The notes under the pieces were generated by a model that ran no database searches, was not told the origin of the DNA, and saw only the letters and a list, made by a program, of their open reading frames with translations. A stretch of 62,120 nt of DNA from Anaerolineae bacterium. GTDB taxonomy: Bacteria; Chloroflexota; Anaerolineae; UBA1429. Location of the stretch: the NCBI GenBank assembly GCA_041685915.1, contig JAWLEV010000004.1:1-62120 (forward strand). The letters are read 5' to 3'. Shown piece after piece: positions 48,523-59,943 of the stretch. Each line of letters opens with the position of its first letter. Position 1 is the first letter of the stretch. The position numbers were made by a program, and so were the translations under genes.

Positions 48523-50178
48523 GTGGATGATATTTCGGATGCCAAATCGGAGTGGGAAGAGAACGTCCTGGAACCCCTTTTGGAGCGCTACCCGGAGCGG
48601 CGTATCCCGCCGCGGTCGAATGGAAGGCCAGTGAAGCGCCTCTATACACCGTGTGACGTGGAGGGCGACTATTTGGGCGGGCTCGGATTCCCTGGCGAGT
48701 ATCCCTTTACACGTGGGGTGTATCCTACCATGTACCGGGGGCGCCTATGGACCATGCGCCAGTACGCCGGATATGCCACTGCACAAGAGTCCAATCGTCG
48801 CTACACGTATTTGCTGGAACAGGGGCAAACGGGCCTCTCGGTGGCCTTTGATCTGCCCACCCAGATCGGCTACGACGCCGATCATCCTCTGGCCCTTGGC
48901 GAGGTGGGCAAAGTGGGGGTCTCTGTCTGCTCCCTGGAGGATATGGAGACCCTCTTTCAGGGTATTCCGCTGGATGAGGTGAGTACCTCCATGACCATCA
49001 ATGCCCCTGCCGCCGTGCTGTTGGCTATGTACGTCGCCGTCGCAGATGCACAGGGGGTGGAGCGTCGGGCCCTGCGGGGTACCATTCAGAATGACATCCT
49101 AAAAGAGTATGTCGCGCGCGGCACCTATATCTATCCGCCTCAGCCCTCTATGCGGCTTATCACCGATACCATCAGCTTTTGTACGGAGGAACTGCCGCGC
49201 TGGAATCCCATCAGCATCAGCGGGTATCACATGCGCGAGGCCGGGTCTACGGCGGTACAGGAGGTGGCCTTTACCCTGGCCAATGCCATCGCCTACGTAG
49301 AGGCGGCATTGGAGACGGGACAGGACATCGATGCCTTTGCCGGACGTCTTTCCTTCTTTTTTGCCGCGCATAACAACCTCTTGGAGGAGGTGGCCAAGTT
49401 TCGTGCGGCGCGGCGTCTGTGGGCCCGTCTCGTGATGGAGCGTTTCGGCGCTCAGGATCCTCAATCGGCCCGCCTTAGGTTTCATACGCAAACATCGGGG
49501 GCGACCCTCACGGCGCAGCAGCCGGAGAACAATGTGGTGCGTGTTGCGCTTCAGGCCCTGGCTGCCGTGTTGGGCGGTACCCAGAGTTTGCACACCAACT
49601 CGCGAGATGAGGCCCTGGGGTTGCCCACGGAAGAGTCGGTGCAGATCGCGCTGCGCACGCAGCAGATCATTGCTCATGAAAGCGGCGTGGTCGATACCAT
49701 CGACCCCCTGGCAGGGAGTTACTATTTGGAGCACCTGACCGAGGATATCGAAAGGGAGGCTCGAGAATATATCGCCCGTATCGACGATATGGGCGGGGCG
49801 CCTGCCGCCATCGATGTGGGATATGTGCAGCAAGAGATTCAGGAGAGCGCCTATGAGCAGCAGCGGGCCATCGAGGCGGGAGAGCGTGTGGTGGTGGGGG
49901 TCAATCGATACCGCGAGGAACAGGAAGTAGATCTTGATCGTCTGACTGTGGATCCCGAGATGGGTCGCCGCCAGCGCCAACGCTTGGAGAGGTTGAGGGA
50001 GTGTCGTGACGATGCCGCTGTCCGGGAGACGTTGGAGACATTGCAGAGGGCGGCCGAGGGGGAGGACAACTTGATTCCTCCCATCCTCGATGCCGTCAAG
50101 GCCTATGCGACGCTGGGGGAGATCTGTGATACCCTGCGGGACGTCTTTGGAGAATACGAGCAGGTTACTACAATCTAA
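48523..50178 (+). CDS. Methylmalonyl-CoA mutase, substrate-binding subunit
   Basis: [38 protein letters not shown]; GTG start after GGAGG. Confidence 0.92.
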   Translation: MDDISDAKSEWEENVLEPLLERYPERRIPPRSNGRPVKRLYTPCDVEGDYLGGLGFPGEYPFTRGVYPTMYRGRLWTMRQYAGYATAQESNRRYTYLLEQGQTGLSVAFDLPTQIGYDADHPLALGEVGKVGVSVCSLEDMETLFQGIPLDEVSTSMTINAPAAVLLAMYVAVADAQGVERRALRGTIQNDILKEYVARGTYIYPPQPSMRLITDTISFCTEELPRWNPISISGYHMREAGSTAVQEVAFTLANAIAYVEAALETGQDIDAFAGRLSFFFAAHNNLLEEVAKFRAARRLWARLVMERFGAQDPQSARLRFHTQTSGATLTAQQPENNVVRVALQALAAVLGGTQSLHTNSRDEALGLPTEESVQIALRTQQIIAHESGVVDTIDPLAGSYYLEHLTEDIEREAREYIARIDDMGGAPAAIDVGYVQQEIQESAYEQQRAIEAGERVVVGVNRYREEQEVDLDRLTVDPEMGRRQRQRLERLRECRDDAAVRETLETLQRAAEGEDNLIPPILDAVKAYATLGEICDTLRDVFGEYEQVTTI

Positions 50179-50192
50179 AAAGGTGGGAAGAC

Positions 50193-50591
50193 ATGACACG
50201 TATCGATCATGTGGGTATAGCGGTGGAGGATATTCGGGAAGCCGCTCGCCTGTACACGAAGGGGCTGGGCATAGAACTCTGTCATATCGAGGCAGTGGAG
50301 GATCAGGGGGTCAAGGTGGGGTTCCTTCCTTTGGGTACTTGTGAGATCGAACTGCTAGAGCCCCTGAATGACGATAGTCCCGTGGCCAGATTTCTGGCCA
50401 GGCGGGGTGAGGGGATACACCATCTCTGTGTGCAAGTATCGGATATAGAGGCGGTTATGGAGCGTCTGCAGACGCAGGGTGTGCAACTGCTGAGCGAGCA
50501 GCCCGTGCGTGGGGCTGGTGGATCTTTGGTGGCCTTTGTTCACCCTCGCAGTGCAAATGGCGTGCTATTGGAACTGATCCAGGATTCCTGA
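50193..50591 (+). CDS. mce: Methylmalonyl-CoA epimerase
   Basis: IDHVGIAV, IELLEP, GEGIHH, GVLLEL. Confidence 0.93.
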   Translation: MTRIDHVGIAVEDIREAARLYTKGLGIELCHIEAVEDQGVKVGFLPLGTCEIELLEPLNDDSPVARFLARRGEGIHHLCVQVSDIEAVMERLQTQGVQLLSEQPVRGAGGSLVAFVHPRSANGVLLELIQDS

Positions 50592-50642
50592 GGGTGGCAC
50601 GCTGTTACGGGGGAAGATGGTGGATACCTATAAGGGAGGGAT

Positions 50643-51053
50643 ATGTCTGAGAGGCCGATTCGGGTCTTGATTGCCAAGCCTGGTCTGGATGGACACGATC
50701 GGGGCGCCAAAGTCATTGCTCGGGCCCTGCGAGATGCTGGTATGGAGGTCATCTATACGGGCCTTCGTCAAACGCCAGAAATGGTCGTGGAAACGGCTCT
50801 GCAGGAGGACGTGGACGTGATTGGGCTCAGCATCCTTTCCGGGGCGCACATGACGTTGGTGCCCCGGATAGTGGAACTGCTGGCGGAAGCCAGGCTAAAG
50901 GAGCCCCTCGTGCTGGTGGGTGGTATCATCCCAGAAGAGGATATCCCCCGTCTGATGGAGCAGGGCGTCGACGGCGTTTTCGGGCCCGGTGCCTCCACCG
51001 ATGAAGTGGTGAAATTCATTCGTAAAAGAGTTGACACGCAGGGCGCTTTATGA
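50643..51053 (+). CDS. Methylmalonyl-CoA mutase cobalamin-binding subunit
   Basis: [22 protein letters not shown]. Confidence 0.93.
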   Translation: MSERPIRVLIAKPGLDGHDRGAKVIARALRDAGMEVIYTGLRQTPEMVVETALQEDVDVIGLSILSGAHMTLVPRIVELLAEARLKEPLVLVGGIIPEEDIPRLMEQGVDGVFGPGASTDEVVKFIRKRVDTQGAL

Positions 51054-52009
51054 AAGAGACCCTTGAAAGGGCCCTTGCTGGCGAGCGACGTGCCATGGCA
51101 CGATTGATGAGCCTTTTGGAGAACGATGGCTCCAGGATCCGGGAGATCATGGCTCATATCTACCGCCATACGGGCAGAGCTCATGTCATCGGTGTCACGG
51201 GCGCGCCCGGCTCGGGAAAGAGTACTCTGGTAGCCCGGCTGGCCGCCACATACCGTGAGCGCGATATGACTGTGGGCATTGTGGCCGTGGATCCCAGCAG
51301 CCCTTTTTCGGGAGGGGCCGTGCTGGGGGACCGTATTCGTATGGGAAATCTCAGTGGCGACCCCGGCGTCTTTGTGCGGAGCATGGCCAACCGGGGAACC
51401 CCAGGCGGTCTGGCCCAGGCCACGGGGAATGTGGTGCGATTGCTGGACGCGTGCGGCTACCAGCGCGTTATCATCGAGACCGTGGGGGCGGGGCAGGGCG
51501 AAGTCGAAATTGCCAGAACTGCTCATACCGTAGTGGTACTCCAGGTGCCCGGTATGGGAGACGCCATCCAGACACTAAAGGCTGGCATTTTGGAGATTGC
51601 CGACATTCTGGTGGTGAATAAGGCCGACCTTGAGGGGAGTGAACGCTTGAGGACGCGCCTGCAGGCCATGCTGTCCTTGGCGGGGAAAAAAGGAGGGAAG
51701 GATGAGCCGTCATGGGAGCCACCGGTCATCGAGATGGTGGCTACGGAGGATCGGGGCACAAAAGTTCTCGTCGATAACATTGAGAACCACGCGGATCATC
51801 TAAGAAAAAGCGGGACGCTTGAAAAGTTGGAACGGAATTGGGTAGAAAAGGAGATTCGAACTATTTTGTTGCAGGATGTTATCTCCAAATATCTGACCAA
51901 GGGGGATACTGAGCATTATGCCACCCTGATCGAGCGCGTTGTGAGACGTGAAGTGGATCCGTATACAGCGGCCCAAGAGCTGTTGAAGAGAATAAAAGAG
52001 ATAGGATAA
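51050..52009 (+). CDS. meaB: MCM-associated GTPase chaperone MeaB
   Basis: [37 protein letters not shown]. Confidence 0.93.
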   Translation: MKETLERALAGERRAMARLMSLLENDGSRIREIMAHIYRHTGRAHVIGVTGAPGSGKSTLVARLAATYRERDMTVGIVAVDPSSPFSGGAVLGDRIRMGNLSGDPGVFVRSMANRGTPGGLAQATGNVVRLLDACGYQRVIIETVGAGQGEVEIARTAHTVVVLQVPGMGDAIQTLKAGILEIADILVVNKADLEGSERLRTRLQAMLSLAGKKGGKDEPSWEPPVIEMVATEDRGTKVLVDNIENHADHLRKSGTLEKLERNWVEKEIRTILLQDVISKYLTKGDTEHYATLIERVVRREVDPYTAAQELLKRIKEIG

Positions 52010-52027
52010 TTCGGAGGGAGAAAGACG

Positions 52028-53002
52028 ATGGAAAAAGGTGTCAGAATCTATGGGGAACTGGCTCTCGTTGCGGGAAGCGGCAACCCAGAACTAGCGCAGG
52101 AGATCAGCGAGGCGTTGGATGTCCCTTTGCATGACGTGGAGATCAAGACTTTTGCCAACGAGAACATTTTCGTCCAGTTGAGGCAGACAGTTCGTTCCAA
52201 GGATGTATTCATCATTCAGCCCACCTGCTTTCCTGTCCAATACAATGTGATGGAACTTCTCATCATGATCGACACTGTGAAGCGGGCTTCGGCGGGACGT
52301 ATCACAGCAGTGGTTCCCTTTTATGCCTATGCGCGCAGCGATAAAAAGGATATGCCCCGCGTGCCCATCAGCGCGAGCCTGCTGGCGAATATGATAGACG
52401 TTGCCGGCGCGGACCGCTTTATGACTGTGGATCTGCATGCGCCGCAGATTCAGGGTTTCTTTGATATGCCTACTGATGAACTTACGGCATTTCGTCTCAT
52501 CGGAGAGTATTTCCAGCGAAAAGAGATCCCCAATCTGACCGTCGTTGCGGCCGACCTTGGGTTTGCCAAGGAAGCGCGCTATTTCGCCGAGCGTCTCGAC
52601 GTGCCTGTGGCCTTTGTTGAGAAGCGGCGCACGGGAAGCCAGACTGAGAGCCTCACCATTATCGGTGACGTGGAGGGAAGAAATGTTGTCCTGATCGATG
52701 ATGAGGTCAATCGGGGCACGACCATAGTGGGCGGGGCCAAAAAGCTATATGAGGCCGGTGCTCGGAACATCTATTCCTGTTTTGTACATCCTACCTTTAT
52801 ACCAGAGACCTATGATCTTTTGAAGGAAGCCAATTTTAAAGAGATCGTCTTCACGAATACGGAGCGTATCGATAGGGACAACCTCTTGCCCAATATGAAG
52901 ATTATCCACCTGGGAGATTGGTTGGCTGCCGTGATAGATGCCGTTCACCGAGGTTTCTCTGTGGGAGAAACCCTCAGAAAGTACGAGCCCAAGTTCGATT
53001 GA
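52028..53002 (+). CDS. prs: Ribose-phosphate pyrophosphokinase family protein (divergent motifs)
   Basis: FANEN, MELLIMID, YARSDKK, DLHAPQIQGFF, KRR; atypical IDDEVNRGTT. Confidence 0.85.
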   Translation: MEKGVRIYGELALVAGSGNPELAQEISEALDVPLHDVEIKTFANENIFVQLRQTVRSKDVFIIQPTCFPVQYNVMELLIMIDTVKRASAGRITAVVPFYAYARSDKKDMPRVPISASLLANMIDVAGADRFMTVDLHAPQIQGFFDMPTDELTAFRLIGEYFQRKEIPNLTVVAADLGFAKEARYFAERLDVPVAFVEKRRTGSQTESLTIIGDVEGRNVVLIDDEVNRGTTIVGGAKKLYEAGARNIYSCFVHPTFIPETYDLLKEANFKEIVFTNTERIDRDNLLPNMKIIHLGDWLAAVIDAVHRGFSVGETLRKYEPKFD

Positions 53003-53037
53003 GGTGGAACTGCTTTCTTGATAGCGTCAGAATGGTC

Positions 53038-53787
53038 CTATTCCATGTCCCCCAGGACATAGAGGAGGATGGAACTGGCCACAAGAGGGGCCGTTTCCGT
53101 GCGCAGGGTGCGCGGTCCCAGGGAGACGAGTTCCAATCCTGCCTCACTGGCGCTTTGCACTTCTTCTGGCGTAAAGCCCCCCTCCGGTCCCACATAGAGC
53201 CGAACTTCTTTGAGGTTGGGAGCCGTTTTATCCTCCAAGATGTGGCGCAGGGATGGGGCTTTTTCTGCAAGGGAGAACATGAGGGCGAGGGTATCCGGCG
53301 ATGGGGGGGAATTGCAAATCTGAGAAAAAGATCTGGCCTGCATGAGTTGGGGGAGACGCACGCGGCCCGATTGCTCCGCAGCCTCTTTTAGGATGCGCCG
53401 CCAGCGCTCCATCTTGTGCTCGGTGATGCGATCGAGATCCTGTATCATGCAACGATGGGTAAGCAGGGGCACAAAGGTCTCTATACCTATCTCCGTTCCC
53501 TTTTGCAGCACCCAATCGAAATTCTGTGCTTTCGGTACCGCCTGGTAGAGCACAATCCGTGTGCGGGGCTCCGTTTCGGGATGGGAGACGGAGAGAATAT
53601 GAACATGGCACTCAGAGGGTGTGACGCGGTCTAGTTCGGCGACGTACGCGCGGCCCGAGTTATCCAGGAGGACGATGCGCTCGCCAGGGCGCATGCGAAG
53701 CACGCGGCACAGTTGATGTGCCACGTCCCCGGTGAGGCTGACAGGATCCTCTCTTAGCCATTCTGGCGGTACGAAGAAGCGGTGCAT
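53038..53787 (-). CDS. rsmE: 16S rRNA m3U1498 methyltransferase
   Basis: MHRFF, VLRMRPG, EAAEQSGR, GPEGG, LRTETA. Confidence 0.95.
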   Translation of the reverse strand: MHRFFVPPEWLREDPVSLTGDVAHQLCRVLRMRPGERIVLLDNSGRAYVAELDRVTPSECHVHILSVSHPETEPRTRIVLYQAVPKAQNFDWVLQKGTEIGIETFVPLLTHRCMIQDLDRITEHKMERWRRILKEAAEQSGRVRLPQLMQARSFSQICNSPPSPDTLALMFSLAEKAPSLRHILEDKTAPNLKEVRLYVGPEGGFTPEEVQSASEAGLELVSLGPRTLRTETAPLVASSILLYVLGDME

Positions 53788-53792
53788 CTTCT

Positions 53793-54692
53793 TTACGTCC
53801 GATGTCCTATGAGGGCTGCCCAGTCGTCTTCCCGTAGGATCTTGTCCACTGTGATGTGATCCCGTGCAAGGGCCCGTTCCACCTGAGAGGCCTTTGTCTC
53901 GATAATCCCAGAGCCCACAAAGAGGCCTTGTTTGGGCAGAATGGTGCCCAGGGCGGGGGCCATGTCGACGATGACCTCCGCGAGGATGTTGACGAGCAGG
54001 AGGTCATAGCATCTGGTTACCAGGGATGTATCCAGCGGCATCTTCAGTGTCCCCTCCTGCACGGTGACTCGATCATCCACATTGTTCAGCGCCACATTGT
54101 CCTGGGCGACCTGTACACAGGTGGGGTCTATGTCCAGAGCCCAGACATGCTCGGCTCCCTGCAGGGCCGCCGAGATGGCCAGGATTCCTGAGCCCGTTCC
54201 CACGTCCAGCACCTTCATGCCAGGCTGTAGGAGGCGTTCTATGGCCACGAGGCACAGTCGCGTGGTGGCGTGCAGGCCCGTGCCAAAGGCCATGCCGGGA
54301 TCCAGATGGAGGACGATCTCCTCTGGTTTGGGTTCGTACGAGCGCCAGGTGGGTACGATCACGGTGCGCTCGCCGACGTGTTGAGGTGAGAAAAAACTTT
54401 TCCAGGACTCGGTCCAGTCTTCTGGCGATAGTATTCTGGTTCGGGGCGCCGAGATGGGTGAGGTTCTGGCCAGTAGGAGAAGGGCGATCTCCAGTTTTTG
54501 GCGCGTTTCTATATCCTTTGCCGGCAAAAAGCCACTGACCTTTAAGCGCGTGCATTGTTCAGATTTCTCTGGGTCCTGCTCTTCCACCGCGGCGCCCCCC
54601 TGACAATTTCTGTCAAAGAGGCTAACCAGATCGTCCACGGTCTCTCGGGCGGCCCATACGCTTATTTCGGCCCATTGTCCATGCTGGGACAT
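53793..54692 (-). CDS. prmA: Ribosomal protein L11 methyltransferase
   Basis: LDPGMAFGTGLHATT, LDVGTGSGIL, NILA, SGII. Confidence 0.95.
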   Translation of the reverse strand: MSQHGQWAEISVWAARETVDDLVSLFDRNCQGGAAVEEQDPEKSEQCTRLKVSGFLPAKDIETRQKLEIALLLLARTSPISAPRTRILSPEDWTESWKSFFSPQHVGERTVIVPTWRSYEPKPEEIVLHLDPGMAFGTGLHATTRLCLVAIERLLQPGMKVLDVGTGSGILAISAALQGAEHVWALDIDPTCVQVAQDNVALNNVDDRVTVQEGTLKMPLDTSLVTRCYDLLLVNILAEVIVDMAPALGTILPKQGLFVGSGIIETKASQVERALARDHITVDKILREDDWAALIGHRT

Positions 54693-54698
54693 CGCTTC

Positions 54699-55829
54699 CT
54701 ATATGCCCAATACAACCTTGAGGCGCTTTAAAAAGCTCTTTTCCTCTTGAGGGGTTATCTCATCCCCCAACGTCTCGCCCAGCTCGGCAAAGAGCTCTTT
54801 TTGGTGCTCGTCCAGCATTTCGGGGATCTCCACGTTCACGATCACGATTTCATCTCCACGTCCTGTTCCCTGCAGCCGAGGCACGCCTTCCCCTTTCAGT
54901 CTGAAGACGGCCCCCGTCTGGGTGCCCGCGGGGATGCCGAGTTCGCGTTCGCCGTTCAACGTGGGGACGGTGATCTCGTCGCCCAGGGCGGCCTGGGCCA
55001 CATTGACGTTGATATTCAGCAGGATATCCTCATCGCGCCGTCTGAAATAGCGGTGTTCCTTGACGTGCACTACCACATAGAGGTTTCCGGCAGGGCCGCC
55101 ATCCAGGCCCGACTCTCCTTCGCCGGCCAGACGTATGCGCATACCATCGTCGACGCCAGCAGGAATGTCCACAGAGATCTTTTGGGTCTTTTCGATGCGC
55201 CGTGAACCGTGGCATTCCGAACAGGGCGTCTCGATGATCTCGCCCCTGCCCCCGCAGCGGGGACACGTGGTCACGTTTACAAAGGAGCCAAAGATCGAGC
55301 GCTGGGCGTGGCGCACCTGCCCCGTGCCGTTGCACTCTGGACAACGTGTGGGGCGCGTGCCGGGCTCTGCCCCCGTGCCACCGCAGTGGGGGCAGGTCTG
55401 CATTCGGGAGATCTCGAGCTCTTTACTGCATCCAAAGACCGCTTCCTCGAAGGTGATCTCCAGATCGTAGCGCAGGTCCGAGCCGCGTCGGGGGCCACCT
55501 TGCTGCGTCGTCCCCGCCCTGCCGAACCCGAAAAAGGAGTCAAAGATATCCTCGAAACTATCGAACCCCTCAAACCCGCCTCTCATACCGGAGCGATCCA
55601 GGCCAGAATGACCATAGCGATCATAGACGGCCCGCCTCTCATCGTCATTCAGGATCTGATACGCTTCGTTGATTTCTTTGAACCTTTCCTCGGCGTTTGG
55701 GGCGTCGCTCACGTCGGGATGATTCTCACGAGCTAATTTCCGATAGGCGGCGCGGATCTCGGATTTCGAAGCCTGCCGGGAGACGCCCAATATTTCATAG
55801 TAGTCACGTTTTCTATCGTTAGAAGCCAT
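54699..55829 (-). CDS. dnaJ: Chaperone DnaJ
   Basis: HPD J-domain, G/F region, four CxxCxGxG-type repeats. Confidence 0.97.
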   Translation of the reverse strand: MASNDRKRDYYEILGVSRQASKSEIRAAYRKLARENHPDVSDAPNAEERFKEINEAYQILNDDERRAVYDRYGHSGLDRSGMRGGFEGFDSFEDIFDSFFGFGRAGTTQQGGPRRGSDLRYDLEITFEEAVFGCSKELEISRMQTCPHCGGTGAEPGTRPTRCPECNGTGQVRHAQRSIFGSFVNVTTCPRCGGRGEIIETPCSECHGSRRIEKTQKISVDIPAGVDDGMRIRLAGEGESGLDGGPAGNLYVVVHVKEHRYFRRRDEDILLNINVNVAQAALGDEITVPTLNGERELGIPAGTQTGAVFRLKGEGVPRLQGTGRGDEIVIVNVEIPEMLDEHQKELFAELGETLGDEITPQEEKSFLKRLKVVLGI

Positions 55830-55902
55830 ATATCAAGTATTTCAGTCTAGTGAACTGATAGCCAACCAAGTTTACCTATTCTATCCGTCGACGTCAAAAG
55901 AG

Positions 55903-55938
55903 AAAGGGTTAGGAGAGGGATCCCTCTCCTAACCCTTT
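55903..55938 (-). terminator. Internal terminator/stabilising hairpin between dnaK and dnaJ
   Basis: Perfect 36-bp palindrome AAAGGGTTAGGAGAGGGATCCCTCTCCTAACCCTTT. Confidence 0.8.
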
Positions 55939-55957
55939 GCTGATTACAGATCGTTCC

Positions 55958-57892
55958 CTATACCTCTCGGAACTCACCTTCCACCGTGTCGTCCTCGTCC
56001 GATTCACCACCTTGTTGCTGTTCTCCGCCAGGACGGGGACCACCTGCGGCACCAGGACCACCCGCGGCCTCGGCTCCGGCTGGCCCGCCGGCCTGTTGAT
56101 AGGCTGCGGCGCCAACCTGTTGCAGGGCTTCAGCCAGTTCTTCGCGGAGACGGCGAATCTTGTCGATATCATCGCCCTCGAGGGCGTCGCGCACCGCCTC
56201 GATCTTGGATTCGATGTCGGATCTGACGTCCGAGGGGACCTTGTCACCCAGTTCTTTCAACGTCTTTTCCGCTCTGTAAGCCATGGTATCGGCCTGATTA
56301 CGCTCTTCGATTCTTTCCTTCCTACGGCGGTCTTCGTCGGCATGCTCCTCAGCTTCTTGGACCATCTGCTCAATCTCTTCCTCGGTGAGGCCACTCGAAG
56401 CCTCGATGGTGATCTCCTGCTCGCGGCCTGTGGCCTTGTCCTCGGCCGAGACGTGGAGTATGCCGTCCGCGTCGATATCAAAGGTCACCTCGATCTGGGG
56501 CACACCCCGTGGTGCAGGGGGGATGCCGTCAAGGATAAAGGTGCCCAGCTGCTTGTTGTCTGCAGCCATCTCGCGCTCGCCCTGTACGACGTTTATCTGC
56601 ACCTGTGTCTGGTTATCCTCTGCAGTAGAGAATACCTGGCTCTTTTTCGTGGGAATGGTCGTGTTGCGCGGGATGAGAGGTGTGGCCACGCCCCCCAGGG
56701 TCTCGATGCCCAGCGTCAAGGGGGTGACATCCAGCAACAATACGTCGTCCACCTCGCCTCCCAGGACGCCTGCCTGAATGGCGGCGCCAATGGCGACCAC
56801 CTCGTCGGGATTGATGCCCTTGTGCGGTTCCTTGCCAAAGAACTCTTGGACGCGTTCTTGTATCATGGGCATACGCGTCTGCCCGCCCACCAGGATCACC
56901 TCGTCGATGTCGCCTGTGGTAAGCTCGGCATCCTCAAGTGCTTGACGACAAGGCTCCATGCTTTCGGCTACCAGGTCATCCACCAGTTGCTCCAGCTTGG
57001 CACGTGTCAGTGTCATGTTCAGGTGCTTGGGACCGCTGGCGTCTGCAGTGATAAAGGGCAGGTTTATCTCTGTCTGCTGGGTTGTGGACAGCTCGATCTT
57101 GGCCTTTTCCGCTGCTTCCTTCAGACGCTGAAGGGCCATGCGGTCTTTGCTCAGATCGATGCCCTGATCCTCGCGGAAGCCCTTGACGATCCAGTCGATC
57201 ACGCGCTGGTCAAAGTCGTCTCCACCCAAAAAGGTATCGCCGTTGGTGGACAGAACCTCGAATACACCTTCTCCGATGTCAAGGATGGAGATGTCGAACG
57301 TCCCGCCTCCCAAGTCGTAAACGGCAATCTTTTGATCTATCTCTTTGTCCAACCCATAGGCCAGGGAAGAGGCTGTCGGCTCATTGATGATGCGTAATAC
57401 CTCCAAACCGGCGATGCGACCGGCATCCTTTGTCGCCTGGCGCTGAGAGTCGTCAAAGTAGGCGGGAACGGTGATCACGGCCTGATTCACCTCTTCACCC
57501 AGATAGGACTCGGCGTCCTTTTTGAGTTTTGACAGAATCATGGCCGATATCTCTGGCGGCGAATACTCTTCGCCGTTCATGACCACCCAGGCGTCCCCAT
57601 CCTTTTCCACGATTTCGTAAGGCAAGAGTTCGCGTGCCCTTTCCACCTCTGGGTCATCGTATCTACGGCCCATAAGGCGCTTTATGGAAAAGATTGTGTT
57701 TTCCGGATTCGTTATCGCCTGTCGACGCGCCACCTGTCCCACCATGCGCTCCCCTGTTTCGGGATTCACAGCGACTACGGATGGGCAGAGACGGCCTCCC
57801 TCGGCCGTATTGACAACCGTTGGCTCGTCGCCTTCCATGACGGACACAACCGAGTTTGTCGTTCCCAGGTCTATACCAACTATCTTTGACAT
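55958..57892 (-). CDS. dnaK: Chaperone DnaK
   Basis: [30 protein letters not shown]. Confidence 0.98.
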   Translation of the reverse strand: MSKIVGIDLGTTNSVVSVMEGDEPTVVNTAEGGRLCPSVVAVNPETGERMVGQVARRQAITNPENTIFSIKRLMGRRYDDPEVERARELLPYEIVEKDGDAWVVMNGEEYSPPEISAMILSKLKKDAESYLGEEVNQAVITVPAYFDDSQRQATKDAGRIAGLEVLRIINEPTASSLAYGLDKEIDQKIAVYDLGGGTFDISILDIGEGVFEVLSTNGDTFLGGDDFDQRVIDWIVKGFREDQGIDLSKDRMALQRLKEAAEKAKIELSTTQQTEINLPFITADASGPKHLNMTLTRAKLEQLVDDLVAESMEPCRQALEDAELTTGDIDEVILVGGQTRMPMIQERVQEFFGKEPHKGINPDEVVAIGAAIQAGVLGGEVDDVLLLDVTPLTLGIETLGGVATPLIPRNTTIPTKKSQVFSTAEDNQTQVQINVVQGEREMAADNKQLGTFILDGIPPAPRGVPQIEVTFDIDADGILHVSAEDKATGREQEITIEASSGLTEEEIEQMVQEAEEHADEDRRRKERIEERNQADTMAYRAEKTLKELGDKVPSDVRSDIESKIEAVRDALEGDDIDKIRRLREELAEALQQVGAAAYQQAGGPAGAEAAGGPGAAGGPRPGGEQQQGGESDEDDTVEGEFREV

Positions 57893-57957
57893 AATTTCCT
57901 CCCAAATTGCTTATTATCTATAATGCGGGCCATCGATGAGCATGGATTTGTGAACCA

Positions 57958-58596
57958 TTATTTCTCATCTTTGGCTGCTGATTCGTCTCCATTGGATTCT
58001 GATCCCAAGGAAACCTTGACGAGGGCAGGTCGAAGAACCCTATCGCCGATAACGTATCCCTTTTCTACTTCTTCCATCACTGTGCCCTTGGGATATTCGT
58101 CGCTCTCAGCCTGGAGCAAAGCCGAGTGGTAGTTGGGATCAAAGGGTTTCCCCAGCACCTCGATGGGCTCTACTTCGTACTTGTCTAGAAGCCCTTCGAG
58201 CTTGCGCTGAATAAGGGTAATTCCCTCCACCCATTCCTTATCCTCGGCTTGCTCGGGCACGTTCTGAAGTGCCCGTCGAAAGTCGTCCACGATGGGCAAA
58301 AGCTCACCCAGCACTTCGGTACGAAGGCGGATAGACTCGAGTTCACGCGCGCGCTTTTGACGCTTACGATAGTTGGAAAAGGCGGCTGCCTTTCGGCGGT
58401 ATTTGTCAACAAGTTCTTCTATCTCCGCCTCATATTCTTTTATTTTTTCTTGTAACCCTTCCAAGGTTTCCTCGCTCTTATCCCGTTCTTGGGTGTCCGT
58501 CTGTTCTGTAGGACGTTCTGTTTCCTTGCCCTCTTCTTGTTGTTGCATTTTCATCTGTTCTTCATGATTTTTGGTCTCACCTTTTCCGCCTCCCAT
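57958..58596 (-). CDS. grpE: Nucleotide exchange factor GrpE
   Basis: FSNYRKR, FDPNYH, GY..GDRVLRPALVKV. Confidence 0.95.
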   Translation of the reverse strand: MGGGKGETKNHEEQMKMQQQEEGKETERPTEQTDTQERDKSEETLEGLQEKIKEYEAEIEELVDKYRRKAAAFSNYRKRQKRARELESIRLRTEVLGELLPIVDDFRRALQNVPEQAEDKEWVEGITLIQRKLEGLLDKYEVEPIEVLGKPFDPNYHSALLQAESDEYPKGTVMEEVEKGYVIGDRVLRPALVKVSLGSESNGDESAAKDEK

Positions 58597-58660
58597 ATAA
58601 CCTCCCTTTATGACCTCTATATTTCGCTTTATCTGAGGGGACCGACGTGCTTTTGATGAT

Positions 58661-59743
58661 CTAGTCGTCTTCCCCGTAGACGTTGCTTATCAGGTCGTCC
58701 ATCAGACGTGTGACATAGCGCACCGTGGAGATCGCCCGGCCATAGGGCATCCGTCTTGGTCCCATGATGCCCAGAACGCCGCTCGCTCTATCTCGAATAC
58801 CATAGCGCGACAGTACCAGGCTCAGATTATCGATCTCCTCGTACGGTCCTTCCCCTCCGATGATCACCTGGATACCGTTCGAATTCAGGATGCTTGCCAG
58901 GATGGGCTCCAACAAGTTGTGACGCTGCTGTATCTCGATCAGTTGCTGCATCTTTTCCGCATCCCTGAACTCGGGCTCGCGGAACATATTCTCTAGGCCG
59001 TCTCGATAGATCTTGCTGATGGCGTCGCGATCTATGCTTTCCATGATATCCACGACGCGGCCCAGCACCTGGCGTGTCAACCCTTCCAGGGCCGTCAGTT
59101 CCGGGTCCTTGCTCTCTTGGATCTCCTCCGCGGTGCAGTTTTTTAACAGCACATTGAGTTTTCTTGACGTTTGCGTTAACGTCTCTTGGTCTATGGGGTT
59201 GGCCATACCCAACATCTCTTGGTGAATGCTGCCATCCTGTAGCACCAGGATCATCAGGCACATGACTTCATTGATGCCGATCAGTTCCAAGTGCTTAAAG
59301 TAGGCGCTCTTGGCGTGAGGGGGGGTAACTAGAGAAGCAGCCCTCGCGGTATGGGCTAGCACGGCCGCCGTAAGACTCATCCATTGATCCAGGTTGAGCC
59401 GCATCTGATGAAACTGATGACCGATCATACGCCGCTCTGGAACGGATAGGTTGACCCTCTCCATCAGTTCCTCGACAAAGTAGCGATATCCCTCCACTGT
59501 CGGTACCCTGCCGGCGGAAGTATAGGGTTGATGTACATAGCCCGCTTCCTCCAGCGCAGCAAGCTCGTTACGGATGGTGGCCGAACTGACCTCAAGGTTT
59601 CCCACACGACGTACGGTCTCCGATCCTACCGGAGCTGCCGTGTCCACATATTTCTGCACGAGCGCCTTGAGGATATCGCGTTGTCGAGGCTTCAGTTTGT
59701 TTTCCGCAAGTTGGTTGTTCTGATTCTCTGCGGTCATCATCAC
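58661..59743 (-). CDS. hrcA: Heat-inducible transcription repressor
   Basis: PVGS, SSATIRNE, TSAGRVPT, GPRRMPY. Confidence 0.96.
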   Translation of the reverse strand: MMMTAENQNNQLAENKLKPRQRDILKALVQKYVDTAAPVGSETVRRVGNLEVSSATIRNELAALEEAGYVHQPYTSAGRVPTVEGYRYFVEELMERVNLSVPERRMIGHQFHQMRLNLDQWMSLTAAVLAHTARAASLVTPPHAKSAYFKHLELIGINEVMCLMILVLQDGSIHQEMLGMANPIDQETLTQTSRKLNVLLKNCTAEEIQESKDPELTALEGLTRQVLGRVVDIMESIDRDAISKIYRDGLENMFREPEFRDAEKMQQLIEIQQRHNLLEPILASILNSNGIQVIIGGEGPYEEIDNLSLVLSRYGIRDRASGVLGIMGPRRMPYGRAISTVRYVTRLMDDLISNVYGEDD

Positions 59744-59761
59744 CCATTTTACACTGGCGAA

Positions 59762-59788
59762 TTAGCAGTCCCCTCATTAGAGTGCTAA
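59762..59788. promoter_or_regulatory. CIRCE element
   Basis: TTAGCAGTC-N9-GAGTGCTAA, 1 mismatch to consensus; directly downstream of minus-strand TTGACA-N17-TATTAT (59790-59818). Confidence 0.93.
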
Positions 59789-59886
59789 TATAATAGCATT
59801 CATACCCTTGTGTGTCAAGATCAGAGGGGCTCAAACGGGCTCTCACCCCTCTTTTTTCGGCCAGAGTGCGTTTTATGGTCAAATTA

Positions 59887-59943
59887 TTAGCACTCCTCAC
59901 ATGAATCTGATAAAATTTTAGTACCTTTAGTATCCTTTGTCAA
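59887..59943 (-). promoter_or_regulatory. Second hrcA promoter with degenerate CIRCE
   Basis: Minus-strand TTGACA-N17-TAAAAT (59915-59943); TTAGCACTC-N9-ATCTGATAA (59887-59913). Confidence 0.65.

Noticed and set aside
48523-50178. Alternative acyl-CoA mutase (isobutyryl or 2-hydroxyisobutyryl)
   Set aside because: RQYAG Tyr and the Arg of KEYVARG match methylmalonyl-CoA specificity, and an epimerase gene is adjacent.
55937-57397. Long antisense ORFs (opposite dnaK, oppA, mcm, trmFO and others)
   Set aside because: Shadow frames expected from high-GC codon bias opposite well-conserved genes; no motifs or RBS.
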